Notes: generated by a model not told the origin, from the letters alone. Positions 34,682-45,921 are shown, counted from the stretch's first letter. The stretch is 64,000 nt of DNA from a bacterium (GCA_049970495.1 JBMFMV010000002.1:24976-88975), one strand, 5' to 3'. Numbers and translations: made by a program.

Positions 34682-35839
34682 TCATCTCTTGACTCTATTC
34701 GTTATCTCACTCATCACTTCTTGTATTGACATACCTGTCTTTTCCGCTATAACCTTACAGTCATCATACTCAGGCATAACTTTGGGGGTTCCATTTATAT
34801 AAGATATCTTTACTCTAGCAGTTCCCCAAGGGGTCTCTACCTCTACTATTTCTCTAGGTAACATTATCTTCTCTACTTGATACGTCCTAACTCCAATTGA
34901 TGTTGTCTCCCTAAATATCACATCTACAAGTTTATTTACAAGATGATTGGGAGAAATAACAGTAAGTTTTACCGCCGGTCTAGACTTTTTCATATAGATT
35001 GGGGTAAAGAAGACATCGAGGGCTCCGAGTTCAAACAGCTTATCCATTAGATAACCATAGATCTGCGGGTTCATATCATCTATGTTTACATCTATAATAG
35101 TATTTGTGTCTTGTTGCTTCTCCTGGTAGAGTTCTCCCATAATAGCTCTTAACATATTTGGTACTGGAAAATCCTTCTTGCCTACCCCATATCCTATCTT
35201 TTCTACAGTAACCGGAGGAATTTGTCCAAATCCAAAAGATATTGTAGAGATAATACCTGCACCTGTAGGTGTAACTAGCTCTCCCTTCATTCCATTTGAA
35301 TATATAGGAACACCTTTTAAAAGTTCTATAGTAGCTGGGGCTGGGATGGGAAGTTTACCATGGGCAGTTTCGACAAAACCTTCTCCTACAGGAAGAGGTG
35401 AACTATAAACCCTTTCTATTCCAAGTAGCTTTAATCCAACAATACTACCTACAACATCAATAATCGTATCTATCCCACCAAGTTCATGGAGGTGAACCTC
35501 TTCTAAAGGCTCGTTATGGATCGATGATTCAGCCCGAGCTATCCGAGTAAGTATCTTCAGGCTCTTCTCTTTTATATCGTCATCTAATTTGCTATCACTA
35601 ACTATGTCTAAGATCTCTTTGGCATGCCTATGAGTAACTTTATCTTCGATAATGATATCAATGTCTGTACCCATCAAGGGACCTTTTCTTTTCTTCTCAA
35701 TCTTAACTTTATACCCTTGGATATCTAATTTATCTAACTCTCTAGACCAAGCCTCTCTATCTAATCCTAGATCAAAGAGGGCTCCTAAGATCATATCTCC
35801 ACTTATACCATTAAAGCAGTCAAAATATACAACTTTCAT
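34682..35839 (-). CDS. larC: Nickel pincer cofactor biosynthesis protein LarC
   Basis: YFDCFNGISGDMILGAL, VHLHELG, HGKLPIPAPAT, ELVTPTGA, MKKSRP, PEYDD. Confidence 0.95.
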   Translation of the reverse strand: MKVVYFDCFNGISGDMILGALFDLGLDREAWSRELDKLDIQGYKVKIEKKRKGPLMGTDIDIIIEDKVTHRHAKEILDIVSDSKLDDDIKEKSLKILTRIARAESSIHNEPLEEVHLHELGGIDTIIDVVGSIVGLKLLGIERVYSSPLPVGEGFVETAHGKLPIPAPATIELLKGVPIYSNGMKGELVTPTGAGIISTISFGFGQIPPVTVEKIGYGVGKKDFPVPNMLRAIMGELYQEKQQDTNTIIDVNIDDMNPQIYGYLMDKLFELGALDVFFTPIYMKKSRPAVKLTVISPNHLVNKLVDVIFRETTSIGVRTYQVEKIMLPREIVEVETPWGTARVKISYINGTPKVMPEYDDCKVIAEKTGMSIQEVMSEITNRVKR

Positions 35840-36594
35840 TATTTATCCTCCCCAATGTGGTTTATTATACTTGCAAGATAGCCTGCTCCAAAGCCATTAT
35901 CTATATTTACAACAGCTATTCCAGGGACACAACTATTAAGCATAGTAAGTAATGCAGATAATCCCTTAAAACTTGCTCCGTATCCCGTACTTGTAGGAAC
36001 AGCTATTACAGGTTTATCTACAAGACCGGCAACTACACTTGGAAGTGCTCCTTCCATCCCTGCAACAACTATAAGTACCTTTGCCTCATTTATCTTATCT
36101 AGACTCCCTAAGAGTCTATGTAGTCCAGCTACCCCAACATCATAGAGTCTCTCTACTCTATTTCCCATAATATCTGCAGTCTCGATTGCCTCTTCAGCGA
36201 CTGGTAAGTCTGCTGTCCCTGCACTTATAACAAGTATATGACCAACTGGATCTATTTTATCCTTGACTACAGCTATAGTCCTGGCAAGTTCGTTATACCT
36301 TGCCATAGGTAAAAACTCTATTACCCTTTCATATATCTCTCTATTAGCCCTTGTAGCAAGGATGCGATTATTCTTTTCTGATAGCCTCTTTATAATTTCT
36401 ACAGACTGTTCAGTTGTCTTCCCCTGACAGAAAACAACCTCTGGGAAACCTCTCCTTAAAGCCCTATGATGGTCAAGTCTAGCATAACCGAGGTCTTCAT
36501 AGGGAAGGAACTTAAGTCTTTCTAAGGCTGAGTCTATGTCAACTAAGCCATTCTTTACTTCTAACAAGAGTTCTCTTATTATAGATAGGTCCAT
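35839..36594 (-). CDS. larB: NPN biosynthesis carboxylase/hydrolase LarB
   Basis: DHHRALRRGFPEVV, AGTADLPVAEEA, DVGVAGLHR, VNIDNGFGA. Confidence 0.96.
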   Translation of the reverse strand: MDLSIIRELLLEVKNGLVDIDSALERLKFLPYEDLGYARLDHHRALRRGFPEVVFCQGKTTEQSVEIIKRLSEKNNRILATRANREIYERVIEFLPMARYNELARTIAVVKDKIDPVGHILVISAGTADLPVAEEAIETADIMGNRVERLYDVGVAGLHRLLGSLDKINEAKVLIVVAGMEGALPSVVAGLVDKPVIAVPTSTGYGASFKGLSALLTMLNSCVPGIAVVNIDNGFGAGYLASIINHIGEDK

Positions 36595-36598
36595 CTTA

Positions 36599-37402
36599 TC
36601 AACTCCTTATTGTCTTATTCATACTTCCTGTATTATAGCCCTCCAAGTCCATAGTTATATAAGTATAACCTATAGACTTCAGTTTCTCAACAATAATGTT
36701 TCTATGCTCTAGAATCTTAGACATATCTTCAGATAAGACTTCTATCTTTGCAAGATTATCTATATGTCTCAATCTGACCTGAGTAACTCCTAAACCTCTC
36801 AAGAAATTCTCACCTTCTTCTATCATATTTAACAGCCTCTCTGTTATCCTAGTATTGTAGGGAATCCTCGTTGCTAAACATGCTAATGCAGGTTTATTCC
36901 ATGTTGGGAGACCTAATTCTTTTGAAAGTTCTCTTATCTCCTGTTTCCTTAATCCAACCTCCATAAGCGGACTCAAGATTCCAAGTTCCCTTAATGCCCT
37001 CATACCTGGTCTGTAATCGCCTATATCATCGGCATTTGAACCATCAGCTATATTTTCTATCCCATACTCTTTTGCGGTTTCTCTTATCATCGAAAAGACT
37101 ATCAACTTGCAGTGGTAACATCTATCTAGTGGATTCATTATAATATTTTCCTCGTTAGATACATCTACATTTAAAACTATATGCCTTACTCCAATCATCC
37201 TAGCAATCTCTTTAGCAGATTCTATCTCCCATTTAGGATGTATTATGCTATCTACTGTTATACCAATAGCGTTATCTCCCAGTTCCATATGGGCAACCTT
37301 TAAAAGGAAAGTACTATCAACTCCGCCAGAAAAAGCAACTGCGACACTCTTTAAGTCCCTTATTAATTTTCTTAGTCTTTCAAACCTTTCCTCTATGCTC
37401 AT
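36599..37402 (-). CDS. larE: ATP-dependent sulfur transferase LarE
   Basis: AFSGGVDS, RCYHCK, DYRPG, ACLATRIPY. Confidence 0.95.
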   Translation of the reverse strand: MSIEERFERLRKLIRDLKSVAVAFSGGVDSTFLLKVAHMELGDNAIGITVDSIIHPKWEIESAKEIARMIGVRHIVLNVDVSNEENIIMNPLDRCYHCKLIVFSMIRETAKEYGIENIADGSNADDIGDYRPGMRALRELGILSPLMEVGLRKQEIRELSKELGLPTWNKPALACLATRIPYNTRITERLLNMIEEGENFLRGLGVTQVRLRHIDNLAKIEVLSEDMSKILEHRNIIVEKLKSIGYTYITMDLEGYNTGSMNKTIRS

Positions 37403-37419
37403 TTTAAATCACCTCTTGA

Positions 37420-37484
37420 TAAAAAATATAGACCACAAAGGACCTCAACTTCGGTTGAGTATATGACCTTCGTGGTCTATATTT
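37420..37484 (-). terminator. Long two-tier hairpin upstream of larE
   Basis: About 18-bp basal stem with G-U pair, internal loop, 6-bp apical stem, followed by a U run on the minus strand. Confidence 0.6.
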
Positions 37485-37495
37485 AAATTAAAAGC

Positions 37496-38227
37496 CTATC
37501 TTCCTACCTCTAACCTCTGCCAGAGGAGTGGAGGAAGCCCTTTTAATTGCATCTTTTTCTGCACAATATCTATTCTATAAAAAACTCTATAAGCAGTCAA
37601 CTTCTTTTCTACAGTATCATATATCACATATGCAGATCTTGGGTCTCCGTCTCTTGGTTGTCCTACACTACCAACATTTATGATGTACCTCTTCCCTTCT
37701 TCGATAATAAGCTCTTGCTGATTCTTGAGAGGGAGTTGTCTTACTATTGGGGAGCCCTTTCTCTGCTCAAAATACTCCATAATGTGAGAATGCCCAATAA
37801 AGCATATATCTTCGTCAAAGGACATAAAAGCAGACCTAGCCTCCGCGGTTGTTGTTATATACTCAAAGGGATCTCCAGGTGCACCATGAACTATCCTAAA
37901 GCCATAAAGCACCTCCTCAAATGGCAACCTCTTCAGATATGCTATATAGTCATCTGATAGTTGTAACCTAGTCCACAGGATTGCCTCTCTAGCAAATGGG
38001 TTAAAATAGTCTATAAGATTATCATCATAACAGGCAGAATCGTGATTACCACATATTGAGAATATTCTAGCGCTTCTAACAATATCACAACACTCTCTTG
38101 GATTTGGACCATAACCGACTATATCCCCTAGACATATTATTTCATCAACTTTTCCTTTAAGATTTTCCAAAACAGTATTTAGAGCCTCTAAATTGCTATG
38201 TATATCAGAGATTATGCCTATTTTCAC
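37496..38227 (-). CDS. Calcineurin-like metallophosphoesterase
   Basis: SDIHSN, LGDIVGYGP, GNHD, GHSH, NVGSVGQPRDG. Confidence 0.92.
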   Translation of the reverse strand: MKIGIISDIHSNLEALNTVLENLKGKVDEIICLGDIVGYGPNPRECCDIVRSARIFSICGNHDSACYDDNLIDYFNPFAREAILWTRLQLSDDYIAYLKRLPFEEVLYGFRIVHGAPGDPFEYITTTAEARSAFMSFDEDICFIGHSHIMEYFEQRKGSPIVRQLPLKNQQELIIEEGKRYIINVGSVGQPRDGDPRSAYVIYDTVEKKLTAYRVFYRIDIVQKKMQLKGLPPLLWQRLEVGR

Positions 38228-39121
38228 CTATATAACTAGACTTCTAAGCCTCCTTATCCTATCCTCTAGGGGGGGATGGGTAGCAAACAGTCCTGTAAAC
38301 GAGACTCTGTCTTCCCCAAAGGGATTTACTATGAATAGATGAGCGGTAGCCGAGCTTGCATTAACCATCTTCTTATGGAAGTGGAGAAGTTTTTCTAGAG
38401 CATCGGCTAGTGCTGATGGGTCTCTAATAATCATAGCCCCAGAGGCATCAGCAAGATATTCTCTCTGTCTAGATATAGCAGCTCTTATAAGAGCAACTAG
38501 TATTGGAGATATTATAGCTAGAAGTATACCGATAAGGAATAGAATACCGCTACCACCTCTGTCATCATCTCTAGAAGGTCTAAAGAAGAAGAGAAAATCT
38601 CTAAGAAGTACTATAAGCCCACCCATTATTGCAGCTATAGTCATGAGGAGTATGTCGTAGTTCCTTATGTGAGATATCTCATGGGCTATAACTCCCTGTA
38701 GTTCGCTTCTATCCATCAGAAGGAGAAGCCCTGTAGTAACAGCAATCGATGCATTATTGGGATTCCTTCCTGTAGCAAATGCATTAGGAGATGGATCGTT
38801 GATTATATACACCTTAGGTTTTGGTATCCCTGCTGCTATAGCAACCTCTTCTACTACATTATGTAAGACCCTAAATTCATAAGGATCTGCAGGTTTTGCC
38901 CCTACAGATGCCAATGCTATCTTATCACTGTAGTAGTACGTTATAAGATTATAGAGGACAATAAAGAAGGCAAACATTACATAACCAGATATTCCCCAAT
39001 TGAAGAGATTTACAATAACATATCCGACAAGTCCCAATAATAGACTAAATACAACCATAAAAATCCATGTCTTTATCTTATTAGCAGAAATCAAGTCATA
39101 AAGTGTTTCTCTCAAGGGCAT
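38228..39121 (-). CDS. htpX: M48 zinc metalloprotease HtpX
   Basis: [28 protein letters not shown]. Confidence 0.93.
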   Translation of the reverse strand: MPLRETLYDLISANKIKTWIFMVVFSLLLGLVGYVIVNLFNWGISGYVMFAFFIVLYNLITYYYSDKIALASVGAKPADPYEFRVLHNVVEEVAIAAGIPKPKVYIINDPSPNAFATGRNPNNASIAVTTGLLLLMDRSELQGVIAHEISHIRNYDILLMTIAAIMGGLIVLLRDFLFFFRPSRDDDRGGSGILFLIGILLAIISPILVALIRAAISRQREYLADASGAMIIRDPSALADALEKLLHFHKKMVNASSATAHLFIVNPFGEDRVSFTGLFATHPPLEDRIRRLRSLVI

Positions 39122-39128
39122 TCACCTC

Positions 39129-39686
39129 CTAGAACTGTACCTTTACTGGTCCTGTCTCCTCCGGGGGAATCTGATAATAAACTCTAGGGGTAAGATTCAT
39201 CCATCTAGCAAGGATATTTGTTGGGAACATCTCTAGCGCTCTATTATACTCCAATACGGTATCGTTATAAAATTGACGGGCAAATGCAATCTTATTCTCA
39301 GTATTTGATAGCTCTTCCTGCAGACTTAAAAAGTTTTGATTTGCCTTTAACTCAGGATATGCCTCAGCCAAAGCAAAGAGACTTTTTAAAGCCTGGGTTA
39401 ATTGATTATTAGCCTGAGACGCCTCAGATATATTACCAGCACTCATCGCCTTATATCTGAGTTCAGTAATCTTCTCAAAGATCTCTCTCTCATGGCTTGC
39501 ATAAGCCTTTACCGTCTCTACCAGATTTGGAATTAGGTCATACCTTCTTTTTAACTGCGTATCTATTTGAGCCCAAGCATTATCTACTCTATTTTTAAGA
39601 GTTACAAGACGGTTATAGATAGTAATTATATATAGGATCAAACCAATAACTATTAACCAGAACCAAACCATATATTTCATCACCAT
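39129..39686 (-). CDS. lemA: LemA family protein
   Basis: QLKRRYDLIPNLV, EAYPELKA, ENKIAFARQFYN. Confidence 0.95.
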   Translation of the reverse strand: MVMKYMVWFWLIVIGLILYIITIYNRLVTLKNRVDNAWAQIDTQLKRRYDLIPNLVETVKAYASHEREIFEKITELRYKAMSAGNISEASQANNQLTQALKSLFALAEAYPELKANQNFLSLQEELSNTENKIAFARQFYNDTVLEYNRALEMFPTNILARWMNLTPRVYYQIPPEETGPVKVQF

Positions 39687-39717
39687 CCTTTTCTACTATA
39701 TAGTATATCACAACTAT

Positions 39718-41097
39718 CTAAAAACTAAATCCCTCACTTAAAAGACCTCTGCATATATTGACGACATCTTGATCGTACAATATTCCCTTGCCCCTTTCTA
39801 ATTCATCGACGACTTCTTCTAGTCTAAAGGCAGGTCTATATGGTCTATGTGATAACATCGCTTCAACTACATCTGCTACAGCTATGATCCTAGCGGATAA
39901 TATTATCTCCCCATCCCTAATGCCGTTTGGATATCCTGAACCATTAAGCCTTTCATGATGCTGTAAAACTATATTTGCTATATTAGAAAACGCTTCTACC
40001 TCTTTTAATATATCATACCCAGTCTTGGGATGAAGCTTTACTAAGGCAAACTCAAGATCGTTAAGTCTTCCAGGTTTATTAAGTATATCTGCCGGTATAA
40101 TCACCTTACCTATATCATGTAATAAGCCAGCTATTCTTAAGTCTTCTAAATCCCTCTGGCTTAATCCAATTCTTTTACCTATTTCACAGGCAAGTTTTGC
40201 TACCCTTGCCTGATGTCCTGCTGTATAGGGGTCTCTAAGCTCTACAAGTTTGGAGAACGATTCCACTACCTCATTTATACTTTTCCTTAATTCATTTTCA
40301 AGCATCCTCTGTCTTGTTATGTCTACAATAGATACTATCACCCTTTCTAAGCTATCTTCATAGCCTGGCGGTATAAATGTCTTTATATATACAAAAAGAG
40401 GTTTTCCATCTAAAGTATAATTGATACTTTCTCCTTCAAATTCTATCTTCTTTCTGTAAAAAGTGATAATAAGGTCTTTTCCAATCTTTATAGGTCCTCT
40501 ATCTATAATCTTAGGCCTTAATAGGTCTTCTTTTGTCTTTGCATTGTAAAGTCTGATACATGCATTATTTACATCAGTAATTATGATATTATTTAGACAC
40601 TCCAAGATTTCCCCTTCATGTTTATCTAGGTATTCCTCTATGTCAGTTATACCTAGTGATTCGATTTTGTCCAAAAACCTCTTTATCGAAGAAAAGTTTC
40701 CCTCTAAAAGTGCTATAGGCGCATTTTCAAATATGGTTTTATATCTTTTCCCTAAGGACTCTAAAGCCTTCTTATCTCTTAAGGCGAGTACTACATAGAC
40801 TATATCATCGGCAAGGACCTTTAAAATTGTATATTCTAAATCGCTTAAAGATTCATTACTGAATATCTCAAGATATCCTAACGAGATATTATCTAGCTCT
40901 AACGGAAATGTTAAATGAGTTTCGTAACCAGTTATATCCGATTGTTTCTCCCGTGTTATCCTAGATATAAAACCTGCTTTCTGAAATACATCAGTTACGT
41001 TTCGAATGAGTTCCTCCTCATCCTTAACCCTTACTAGAGCTTGATTATATTTTATTACCATGTTCAATATTCTGTTTAACCTGTCTAATTCCTCCAT
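39718..41097 (-). CDS. GAF/PAS-like + HD-GYP phosphodiesterase
   Basis: RDPYTAGH, LHDIGK, HHERLNGSGYP, HRPYR. Confidence 0.92.
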   Translation of the reverse strand: MEELDRLNRILNMVIKYNQALVRVKDEEELIRNVTDVFQKAGFISRITREKQSDITGYETHLTFPLELDNISLGYLEIFSNESLSDLEYTILKVLADDIVYVVLALRDKKALESLGKRYKTIFENAPIALLEGNFSSIKRFLDKIESLGITDIEEYLDKHEGEILECLNNIIITDVNNACIRLYNAKTKEDLLRPKIIDRGPIKIGKDLIITFYRKKIEFEGESINYTLDGKPLFVYIKTFIPPGYEDSLERVIVSIVDITRQRMLENELRKSINEVVESFSKLVELRDPYTAGHQARVAKLACEIGKRIGLSQRDLEDLRIAGLLHDIGKVIIPADILNKPGRLNDLEFALVKLHPKTGYDILKEVEAFSNIANIVLQHHERLNGSGYPNGIRDGEIILSARIIAVADVVEAMLSHRPYRPAFRLEEVVDELERGKGILYDQDVVNICRGLLSEGFSF

Positions 41098-42418
41098 AGT
41101 CTACCTCCTTATCAGTTTCTATGACTTCTAGCAATCTCTCTAGTCTCATTCCACGGGAACCTTTTATTAGAACCAAGTCATAATTTGGTATAACCGCCCT
41201 TATATAAGAAGTAGCGGATTCAATGTCCTCAAAATACAGAGACCTATCTTCTAATAACTTGTGAGTAATATAGGTTGCTCTCCCTATAAGGATTATGTCA
41301 CCCTTTACATCTTTTAGCAGTTTTCCTAGAGTCCTATGCGCTTCCTCTGTCTCCTCACCCAATTCAAGCATATCTCCAAGTATATAAAGCCTACTACTAT
41401 AATCTAAACTCTCTACCGTATCTATAGCCATTTTCATAGAGAGGGGATTTGCATTATAACCATCAAAAATGATAAGTGTTCCGTTACTAAGTCTTATAGG
41501 CTCCATTCTCCCCCATAAGGGTTTAAATTCCTCTATCCCTTTTATAGCAAGCTCGCTAGGAATATTAAACAACCAACCAATAGCTAAAGCAGAAAGGGCA
41601 TCTTCAACTATGTGTCTGCCAAATGCATTTATATAGACATCAAAGATATCTCCATTGGGATATCCAACTTTGAACGCAGTCCCTTCTTTCCTTAACTTTA
41701 TATCGAACCCTTTGATATCTGCATCTGATAAGATACCATAACTTAAGCCTTTAAGTCCTTTTAAATGTTCGTCATCTTTATTATAGATAACCTGTAAACC
41801 CTCTATCTCGTCTATAATACTTAGCTCTTCTCTAATAACATCATCAAAAGAGTTAAAAAATTCTAAATGTTCTCTATCTAGGTGTGTAAATACTACCACA
41901 TCTGGTCTAGTTATCATAGCAAGTAGCCTCATATCGCCAGGTTTTCTCATTCCAAGCTCTGCGATTGCTATTTCAAAGTTAGGGGTCTTAAATACCATAA
42001 GGGGAAGGCTGAACTCTGTATTCTGATTTCCCTCTGATTTTATAACTCTATATCTCTCTTTTAAAACTAAGTATATAAACTCTTTCGTTGTTGTCTTCCC
42101 ACTGCTACCAGCTACCCCTATAAGGGGTATAGGATATCTTCCTCTTATGCCACTTGCAAGCTCGAATAATGCCTTTGTAGTATCTTCTACTAAGATTCCT
42201 GGGAATGGGAGTTTTTTATGCATAACTGTACCAACAGCTCCATTTTCCATGGCCTGATGTATAAAATTATGTCCATCGGTTTTCTCACCTTTAAGGGCGA
42301 AAAAGAGGCTACCTTTTCCTACATTTCTAGAGTCAATAGCTATAGAATCGATAAGAGTATCTGGTGGTATCTCCTGTATATCTCCATTAACAATACTAGC
42401 TATTTCACCTATATTCAT
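41045..42418 (-). CDS. murF: UDP-MurNAc-tripeptide:D-Ala-D-Ala ligase
   Basis: [32 protein letters not shown]. Confidence 0.93.
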   Translation of the reverse strand: MNIGEIASIVNGDIQEIPPDTLIDSIAIDSRNVGKGSLFFALKGEKTDGHNFIHQAMENGAVGTVMHKKLPFPGILVEDTTKALFELASGIRGRYPIPLIGVAGSSGKTTTKEFIYLVLKERYRVIKSEGNQNTEFSLPLMVFKTPNFEIAIAELGMRKPGDMRLLAMITRPDVVVFTHLDREHLEFFNSFDDVIREELSIIDEIEGLQVIYNKDDEHLKGLKGLSYGILSDADIKGFDIKLRKEGTAFKVGYPNGDIFDVYINAFGRHIVEDALSALAIGWLFNIPSELAIKGIEEFKPLWGRMEPIRLSNGTLIIFDGYNANPLSMKMAIDTVESLDYSSRLYILGDMLELGEETEEAHRTLGKLLKDVKGDIILIGRATYITHKLLEDRSLYFEDIESATSYIRAVIPNYDLVLIKGSRGMRLERLLEVIETDKEVDYGGIRQVKQNIEHGNKI

Positions 42419-43050
42419 CTTGAGATATGTACAATCCTTATACCTGCAGATTCCAGCGCCTTAGTTAATCTATCTATATCCTCAACTTCAGCCCTTACGA
42501 CAACGTTTCCTTCCTCTTTGTATTCCTCTTCAAAGACAACGATGCTTATTATGTTTATCCCCAGATTTTTAAATATGTCTGCAAGGTCAGCTATGGCACC
42601 TATTCTATTTTCTAAAGAGAGGGTAAGCCTTGTCCCTTTTCTAAATCCTAATAGTTTTACAAGCATATCAAAGATATCTGTTTCAGTGACTATCCCTACA
42701 ACCTTTCCGTCCTCAACCACTGGTAATCCACTTATCTGATTGTCTCTCATTATTACCGCTGCCTCTTCTATCGTAGTATCAGGTGTAACAGTGATAGGGT
42801 CCTTAGTCATAACCTCTTTTACAGGCGTTTTGGCCAAGAGATAATTAAGTTCATATATACTCAAACTTGTAGCCTTCAGAGAAGGGGATTCCCTTAGGTC
42901 TTTTTCTGTAACAATACCTACAAGTTTTCCATGAGCAACAACTGGAAGTCTTCTTACCTTATTCTCTTTCATAATATGTAATGCATCTAGTATGCTTGTC
43001 TCAGGGTCTATGACTATAGGATTCGGAGTCATCCTCCATTTTACAAACAT
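42415..43050 (-). CDS. acuB: CBS-pair + ACT domain protein (AcuB-like)
   Basis: Two CBS domains, [14 protein letters not shown]-terminal ACT. Confidence 0.85.
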   Translation of the reverse strand: MFVKWRMTPNPIVIDPETSILDALHIMKENKVRRLPVVAHGKLVGIVTEKDLRESPSLKATSLSIYELNYLLAKTPVKEVMTKDPITVTPDTTIEEAAVIMRDNQISGLPVVEDGKVVGIVTETDIFDMLVKLLGFRKGTRLTLSLENRIGAIADLADIFKNLGINIISIVVFEEEYKEEGNVVVRAEVEDIDRLTKALESAGIRIVHISR

Positions 43051-43065
43051 AAAGACCTCCTATTT

Positions 43066-44127
43066 TTATGGAATAATCAGTATCTTTATTGAGTTACTAT
43101 TTGGGTCTTCTGCTATCTTAATGGCATCTTGGAATTTTTCTAGTGGAAGTTTATGGGTAACTATAAGGTCGCCCCTAATTATACCCTTTGCAAGGTAATC
43201 TATAGCAAGTGGATACCTATAAGGTCCTAAATGAGAGCCATGTATGTTGAGCTCTTTTCTATCACCTATTATTGTCCAATCAGCAACTGCAGGTTCGGCA
43301 AATACTCCAAACTCAACAAAAGTCCCCAATTTTCTAATCATATCCAATCCTTGCGGAACAGATTTTGGATAGCCGCTTGCCTCTATATATACATCACATC
43401 CATATCCATCTGTTAAATCTTTTACCCTTTTTACCGCATCTTCTTTAGCTACATTTATAACGATATCTGCTCCAAGTTTCTCAGCCACCTCTAACCTAAA
43501 GTCTCTTGTATCTAATGCTATGAGAAGCCCAGGATTCTTTAGTTTTGCAACCTGTAGCATCATAAGCCCTATAGGCCCCATTCCGGAGATAACGACTGTA
43601 TCACCGAGCTGTATCTCTCCTCTTTCTACCGCATGAATTGCACAGGATAGTGGTTCTATAAGTGCTCCGTATTCATCTGGCAATTCTTTTGGAACCCTAT
43701 GAATAATAGAGCCCTTAGGAAATTTTGCATACTCAGCCATACCCCCGTCGTCAATTCCCCCCTGAAAACCAAAAACATAGTTTCTCTCACACATCCAATA
43801 TTTCCCTGTCTTACAGAATCTACATTCCCAGCAGGGAAGTATCTGTTCCGCTACTGCCTTATCTCCTATCTCAAGACCATATTTTTCTCTTGCTCCTTCA
43901 CCAAGAGCCACAACCTCTCCTACAAACTCATGGCCTGGTATTACAGGGGTTTTTACATATGGAGGATTGCCTTGCCAAAATGACGGACCTCCATGATAAC
44001 ACTTAAGGTCACTAGCACATAGACCACTAGATTTTACTCTAATGACTACCTCTTCTGGTCCCGGGACAGGATCCGGCACATTCTCAAATCTATAGTCAAG
44101 TGGACCATAATTTACTATTGCACGCAT
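43066..44127 (-). CDS. Zn-dependent polyol dehydrogenase (erythritol/L-threitol dehydrogenase-like)
   Basis: GLCASDLKCYHG, PGHEF, CWECRFC, DWTIIGDRKEL. Confidence 0.8.
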   Translation of the reverse strand: MRAIVNYGPLDYRFENVPDPVPGPEEVVIRVKSSGLCASDLKCYHGGPSFWQGNPPYVKTPVIPGHEFVGEVVALGEGAREKYGLEIGDKAVAEQILPCWECRFCKTGKYWMCERNYVFGFQGGIDDGGMAEYAKFPKGSIIHRVPKELPDEYGALIEPLSCAIHAVERGEIQLGDTVVISGMGPIGLMMLQVAKLKNPGLLIALDTRDFRLEVAEKLGADIVINVAKEDAVKRVKDLTDGYGCDVYIEASGYPKSVPQGLDMIRKLGTFVEFGVFAEPAVADWTIIGDRKELNIHGSHLGPYRYPLAIDYLAKGIIRGDLIVTHKLPLEKFQDAIKIAEDPNSNSIKILIIP

Positions 44128-44143
44128 AAAATCCCTCCTCTTT

Positions 44144-44917
44144 CTATAGGATACTACTCAAAAATTTCATTGTTCGAGTAATTGCAGTCTCTACATCAGG
44201 CTTATTTATAAGCTCTGCAGAGACAAATCCGTCATACCCTATGGCAGACAAAACCCTGAATATATCTTTGAAATCTATATGCCCAGCACCAGGGTATAGT
44301 CTATTGCTATCTGCTATATGCACATGCCATATTAGATCTCTAAATCTAAATATAGAACTTACAATAGAAGGTTCCTCTATATTCATATGGAATGTATCAA
44401 TCAACAATCCAAGATTATCTATATCTAAGTCTTTTATAAAATTGTAAGTATCATCTATAGTATTCAGCCAATTGACCTCATATCTATTTATAGGTTCTAA
44501 GAGGATTTTTACACCCTTTTCTCTTCCGTATTGGCATGTATCCTTTAGTGCAGATTTAAAGTAATTAATACCCTCTTCGTCATACACATTCCCCCTTATA
44601 AGCCCAACTATAACCATGCTAGAAGTCTCAATGGCTAAATCTATATGAGCTTTTAACCTTTCTATAGAGGTCTCTCTTATTCTACTATCTTTATTGGAAA
44701 GAGAAATTCCCTCCTCAGTAAATGCTCTCCCTGTCCCTAGAGCAGGGATTATAAGATTAAATTTAGAAACAATAGCCTTTAACTCTTTGGCATCTACTAA
44801 ACCAGGGTCTTTTATGCCAAGCTCTACCCCATGATATCCTAAAGAACTTATAATATCGGCGTATCTTTCAAGTTTTTCTAAATTTTCATAAGGTATGACA
44901 AAACTTACTTTAAACAT
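44144..44917 (-). CDS. Xylose-isomerase-like TIM-barrel epimerase (IolO/5-keto-L-gluconate epimerase-like)
   Basis: ALGTG, EPINRYE, DTFHMNIEE, HIADSNR. Confidence 0.8.
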   Translation of the reverse strand: MFKVSFVIPYENLEKLERYADIISSLGYHGVELGIKDPGLVDAKELKAIVSKFNLIIPALGTGRAFTEEGISLSNKDSRIRETSIERLKAHIDLAIETSSMVIVGLIRGNVYDEEGINYFKSALKDTCQYGREKGVKILLEPINRYEVNWLNTIDDTYNFIKDLDIDNLGLLIDTFHMNIEEPSIVSSIFRFRDLIWHVHIADSNRLYPGAGHIDFKDIFRVLSAIGYDGFVSAELINKPDVETAITRTMKFLSSIL

Positions 44918-45921
44918 CTACAGGATCTCCTTTCTATAAGTTTAGGTTCAAGGACAGTAGATTCGCCCTTTCCTCCCTCTATAATCTTTATCAATTCTCT
45001 GGCAGAAAGTTGTCCGATGTTATATATCTCTTGACTTATTGTAGTAAGAGGAGGGGCTATAAGTCCTGAAACCTTTATATTATCAAAACCTATAATAGAA
45101 AATGTCTCAGGTATGCTTATCCTTTCTTCCCAAAACCTCTGTAACGCCCCTATAGCCATTGCATCATTTGCAAAGAAAATAGCAGAAGGAAGAGGGTCTA
45201 ACTTTAATATATCTTCAGCACTTTTATATCCACCCTCCATTGTAAAATCACTATTTATTATAGCAACATCCTTTTCTCTTACTTTATATCTCTTAAGTGT
45301 ATCCAAGAATCCAGCTAACCTTTCTCTACCAGCAGAGTTATCTAAAGGTCCTGAAACATGTGCAAACCTTTTATGCCCAAGGCTAAAAAGATACTCCCCT
45401 GCAATGCATCCCCCTTTATAGTTATCGGTCACTACATAAACTAGACCCTTTATGTTCTCTGGCTTTCTGCCAACAAGTACACAAGGAACCCCATCAGCTA
45501 AAAGCGATCTTATAACATCCTCCCCTATCCTTAGAGATGTAAACATAAGCCCATCTATACCCTTGTTTAGGAGTAACTCAACATACTTCTTTTCATTCTC
45601 AGTTTTTGCATCTGTATTACAGAGAATCAAGGAATATCCAGCAGAGCTTATATAATCCTCTACACCTCTTGCTAACTCTGGGAAAAACGGATTAGTTATA
45701 TCAGATATAATAAGACCTATACTCTTTGTCCTTTTTGTCCTCATACCGTGGGCAAATGGATCTGGAACATAGTTTAATTCACTGACCGCAGATAAGACCC
45801 TTTTTGTAAGTTCAGGACTTACCTTAGCAGTTTTATTAAGAACTCGCGACACGGTAGCTGGAGAAACCCCTGCTCTTTTGGCAACATCTAATATATTTAT
45901 CTTCTCTTTTTTTGCAATCAT
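44905..45921 (-). CDS. LacI family regulator
   Basis: DVAKRAGVSPATVSRVLN, IGFDN. Confidence 0.95.
   Translation of the reverse strand: MIAKKEKINILDVAKRAGVSPATVSRVLNKTAKVSPELTKRVLSAVSELNYVPDPFAHGMRTKRTKSIGLIISDITNPFFPELARGVEDYISSAGYSLILCNTDAKTENEKKYVELLLNKGIDGLMFTSLRIGEDVIRSLLADGVPCVLVGRKPENIKGLVYVVTDNYKGGCIAGEYLFSLGHKRFAHVSGPLDNSAGRERLAGFLDTLKRYKVREKDVAIINSDFTMEGGYKSAEDILKLDPLPSAIFFANDAMAIGALQRFWEERISIPETFSIIGFDNIKVSGLIAPPLTTISQEIYNIGQLSARELIKIIEGGKGESTVLEPKLIERRSCRCLK

Noticed and set aside
37420..37484. NiCo riboswitch, 6S RNA or tRNA identity for the larE hairpin
   Set aside because: Too short, no four-way junction or cloverleaf, and no room for an aptamer after the upstream stop
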